A stretch of DNA of 64,000 bases from Macrostomum lignano (Eukaryota), in the NCBI GenBank assembly GCA_002269645.1, contig NIVC01000793.1, positions 62,001-126,000 on the forward strand. Reading direction: 5' to 3'. Positions within the stretch are counted from its first letter, which is position 1. Every line of letters starts with the position of its first letter. Below the pieces are notes generated by a model. It saw nothing but the letters and a program-made list of their open reading frames with translations, made no database searches and was not told the origin of the DNA. The position numbers and the translations under genes were made by a program. Of the stretch, positions 60,810-64,000 are shown piece by piece.

Positions 60810-62213
60810 ATGTGGAGGCAAGACTTTCTGCAACTTCGTGGCCGAGATGTACTAAGGCCTATACCTACTACAGCCATACACGGTGCCGCAGCGGCAGCTG
60901 CAGCAGCCAGTCATCCAGAGCAGGACCGAGGAAAACAGAGTTACCACGATCTCCATGAATCTGACACAATTGAAACGCTCGACGATGCGATCAACAGTGC
61001 TGAGACATGCCCAGTAAGGAGACACAGACACAGGTGCCATGACTATTTAGCTTCTGCTGATTATGCCGAGCACCGAGTGCAAGTGCAACAACAGTGTGAA
61101 GCTGCAAGCTCGCCAGATCCACTACAGTCAGAGAGGCAACCTCAACCTACGACAGCATTCCCGATGCAAGGAGGAGCAACCAACAGCAATAACACCAGGC
61201 CGTGCACAGGTATGCCTCACCTGTACCATGGACAACAGGCAGCACCAACACCAGGGGCTCGACTGACACCAACCTATGCAGAGGCAGTGCATGCCCCAGT
61301 GCAGCATCAATTCAGTCAGCCTCCCTTACCACCAGTGCCCAAGCCTGCACCATTCAATAGCCGAGAGAATTTTGACGACTTCCTAAGCCGCATGTCAGCA
61401 TTCATGAGTCGGTTCCCAGGATTGGGTGAGCACGGCAAAATTGCAACTTTAATTGCTTATCTAGGGCCCGCGTTTGCCACGTACGCAGCTTGGTTCGACC
61501 AGCAGTGCGTCCTGCATGGGTTGCCAGTTGGTTCAAACCTGGAGCACCTTCCTGGAGCACGGTATGACTCACTGCTACAGTTTCTGCGAGCGCGGCACGG
61601 AGGAGCAAAGAGTACAGCCTTGCTTCGGCTTGAGCTTCGAAGTCGATGCCGAGGAAAAGATGAGACCTTCGAACAGTTTCTCACTGCATTGCAACGCCTG
61701 GCTGTCAAAGCATTTCCTGATGCAGGTGCTCACGAGTTCCTTCAACAAGCTGTCTTGGACCAGTTTATCCAGGGCCTAAACAACAGCTATGTGACAGAGC
61801 GTCTTCTTAATATGCCAATGCCAGTGACAACAACAGAGCAAGCGCTCCGATGGGCTCAGCAGATCCGCGAGACTCAGCAATTCCTAGAAGGCCAAGGACA
61901 AAATCAGCAGCATCAACGCGGCACGGCGACGTCGGCACCCGTGGTGGGATCAGCAGCTCTGCCAATGCATGGACAACGACCTGGGGGTGAGCACCAGAGT
62001 GACCCAACGACATCGTGGAAGCCACTGAATCGACAGCCGCATGCGACCCCAAGACCACTTCAGCAACAGGCCCAAGCTCAAGCTGGCCATCATCCGTCGC
62101 AACGACCAATGCCAGTGTGTTACAGCTGTAATCTGCCAGGTCACATTCGAAGGAACTGCCCAAACGCCAGGGGGGCTGGTCCACAGGGCCAGTACCGGCC
62201 CTCTCGGCACTGA
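60810..62213 (+). CDS. gag: Gag polyprotein with CCHC zinc knuckle
   Basis: First ATG at 60810; capsid-like ETFEQFLTALQRLAVKAFP...DQFIQGL; knuckle CYSCNLPGHIRRNC. Confidence 0.9.
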   Translation: MWRQDFLQLRGRDVLRPIPTTAIHGAAAAAAAASHPEQDRGKQSYHDLHESDTIETLDDAINSAETCPVRRHRHRCHDYLASADYAEHRVQVQQQCEAASSPDPLQSERQPQPTTAFPMQGGATNSNNTRPCTGMPHLYHGQQAAPTPGARLTPTYAEAVHAPVQHQFSQPPLPPVPKPAPFNSRENFDDFLSRMSAFMSRFPGLGEHGKIATLIAYLGPAFATYAAWFDQQCVLHGLPVGSNLEHLPGARYDSLLQFLRARHGGAKSTALLRLELRSRCRGKDETFEQFLTALQRLAVKAFPDAGAHEFLQQAVLDQFIQGLNNSYVTERLLNMPMPVTTTEQALRWAQQIRETQQFLEGQGQNQQHQRGTATSAPVVGSAALPMHGQRPGGEHQSDPTTSWKPLNRQPHATPRPLQQQAQAQAGHHPSQRPMPVCYSCNLPGHIRRNCPNARGAGPQGQYRPSRH

Positions 62214-64000
62214 GCAAATCGGCCCCGCCCTCACGCCCCAGCTGCCAGCCCGGTCAAGCGCGTTTCGTCACCGCGCGCATCTGCAGACGTCGTCGGCCCT
62301 GCTTGATCGACACAGGTGCCGAAGTTTCCTGTATCAGTCTCAACATCGCGCGATCAATCAGGCGGCAGTTCAAACCCAGCAAAACTACCATCTATGGCGT
62401 GAGTGGCAATCCGGCGAGCGTGCTGGGTGAGATTCATTTGTACTTCTCTCTCGGATCCGTCCAGTTTCAACACACCTTTCTGGTGGTGACAGACTTAAAT
62501 GTACCTATAATTCTGGGATGCGACTTTCTTGACAAGCAAGACTGCTCAATTCATCTCGGTTCGGGATGTCTCGTTTTCAATGGCCTTGGAGCAACAGTGC
62601 CGCTGCGGAAGTCGAAGCAGGCAGCGCAGTCAAGCAAACTGGTGGCGGCAGCAGCAGTTCAGTTACAGCCTGGTGAAGGTTGGACCGTTCCAGTCCGACC
62701 GTTACACGTGACCGCATGGACAAGTTCGGAGGCACCCGGCATCGTCAACGGTAGCAGGTCATCGAAGGTCTTGATTGCTCGCTGTGTAGCCAAAATATCG
62801 AACAATGGCATGGGCGTCGCAATCATCAACGCTAGCGATGCACCGGTAGCTGTCAGAGAAGGCGACACCATCGGATGGTTCACGCCACTCAGCAGCCAAG
62901 GCGGGACGCAGCTCCAGTCTACCAGCATGGCAACAGCGACAACCTCAATAGATGGCAATGCACCATGGCTTCGAGAAGTGCACATTGCCGACGAAATTTC
63001 AGCGAGTGAACAGCAGCAGATCAGAGACCTCCTTTTGGAATTCAACGACGTGTTCGCATCACCTGGCAACCAGGGCTGCACCCGTCTGCTGAGCCATACC
63101 ATCGACACCGGTGATGCGAGACCGATCCGGCAAGGTCTACGCCGTGCAGCTCCTACGGCAATTGCGCAGCAAAGAGAGCTGGTCGAAGACATGCTGAGCA
63201 GAGGTGTCATTCAGCCATCATCTTCACCGTGGGCGTCGCCGATTGTCCTGGTTCGAAAAAAAGACGGTTCGGCACGTTTTTGTCTCGACTACCGGCAGCT
63301 CAACTCGGTAACCAAGCCCGATGCATTTCCAATGCCTCGCGTTGACGACACGCTGGATGCGCTGGAGGGCAACAGTTTTTTCTCCGCACTCGACCTGGAA
63401 AGCGGATATTGGCAAGTTGAAATGAATGAGAAAGACAAAGAAAAAACGGCATTCGTCTGCCACGAAGGCATTTTTGAGTTCAACGTAATGCCATTCGGCC
63501 TCCGCAATGCACCGGCTACATTCCAGCGCTTGATGCAATTAGTGCTCCGGGGACTCACGTGGCAAGCGTGCCTTGTCTTCATAGATGATGTTATCGTCAT
63601 GGGCCGGACGATGGCCGAACACAACAATCGGCTAAGAGCGGTGCTAGAGCGTCTTCGCGAAGCCAACTTGCGTCTTAAGCCGTCCAAATGTCGTTTCGCC
63701 AATTCCAGCATCATCGTTCTGGGTCACCGAGTCTCCAGGACTGGCATTGCAGTCGACGAGTCGAAGACAGCAGCGGTGCGCGACTGGCCAACACCGCACT
63801 CGCCAAAGGACGTCAAAAGTTTCCTGGGCATGACATCGTACTACAGGAGATTTGTTCGCGACTACGCCAAGATTGCAGAACCGCTAAGGCGACTGACTCT
63901 GACAACCGGCTTTGAATGGACACCAGCCGCCGAAGTGGCCTTCAACCAGTTGAAGCAAGTGCTTACATCCGCGCCGATCCTGGCCTTTCCGGACACCAGC
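62159..64000 (+). CDS. pol: Pol (protease, reverse transcriptase; truncated by the window end), in the -1 frame relative to gag
   Basis: Open from ~62131 to 64000: LIDTGAEVSCI, ILGCDFL, SPWASPIVLVRKKDG..RFCLDYRQLN, LDLESGYWQV, MPFGLRNAPATFQR, VFIDDV and FLGMTSYYRRFV. It is absent from the ORF track, presumably because it has no stop in the window. Confidence 0.93.

Larger units (their letters stand above)
60618..64000 (+). mobile_element. Ty3/Gypsy LTR retrotransposon, 5' part (runs off the window)
   Basis: Putative short LTR TGTAA(60618)...TTACA(60764), start unverified; PBS TGGCGACCACGCCAGGAC at 60767 (tRNA-Arg-like); uninterrupted gag and pol. Confidence 0.92.

Noticed and set aside
62659-63915. 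Antisense and alternative-frame ORFs over Gypsy pol (similar ones overlap GDH, VRK and the guanylyl cyclase exons)
   Set aside because: Expected shadow ORFs of GC-rich coding sequence; no independent motifs.

Overview
Eukaryotic (metazoan) genomic DNA with GC-rich exons, GT-AG spliceosomal introns and many minisatellites and transposons. This pattern suggests a free-living flatworm such as Macrostomum, but the organism is an inference only. All host genes are on the minus strand: a 12-exon receptor guanylyl cyclase (17099->1479), a divergent alpha-kinase-like gene (31165->19693), an orphan coding-like segment (36576->36229), a VRK-family kinase with a histone-H1-like tail (40258->38398) and a mitochondrial glutamate dehydrogenase (48098->43893). 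The alpha-kinase's last intron (about 92 nt before insertion) holds a 10.3-kb CMC/EnSpm-type DNA transposon with a transposase and a 6-exon accessory gene; that element in turn carries a solo-LTR-like insert and a hAT MITE. Other mobile DNA includes hAT MITEs with 8-bp TSDs (one family carrying two different internal satellites), a 9-bp-TSD foldback element, CORE-like and other tRNA-derived SINEs, a decayed Penelope-like element, Tc1/mariner remnants (one inside a (TAG)n tract), a three-hairpin cassette, a 1.8-kb non-autonomous LTR element and the 5' part of an apparently intact Ty3/Gypsy element. Most long ORFs in the supplied track are artefacts of tandem repeats. All coordinates were read by hand; no database searches were run.
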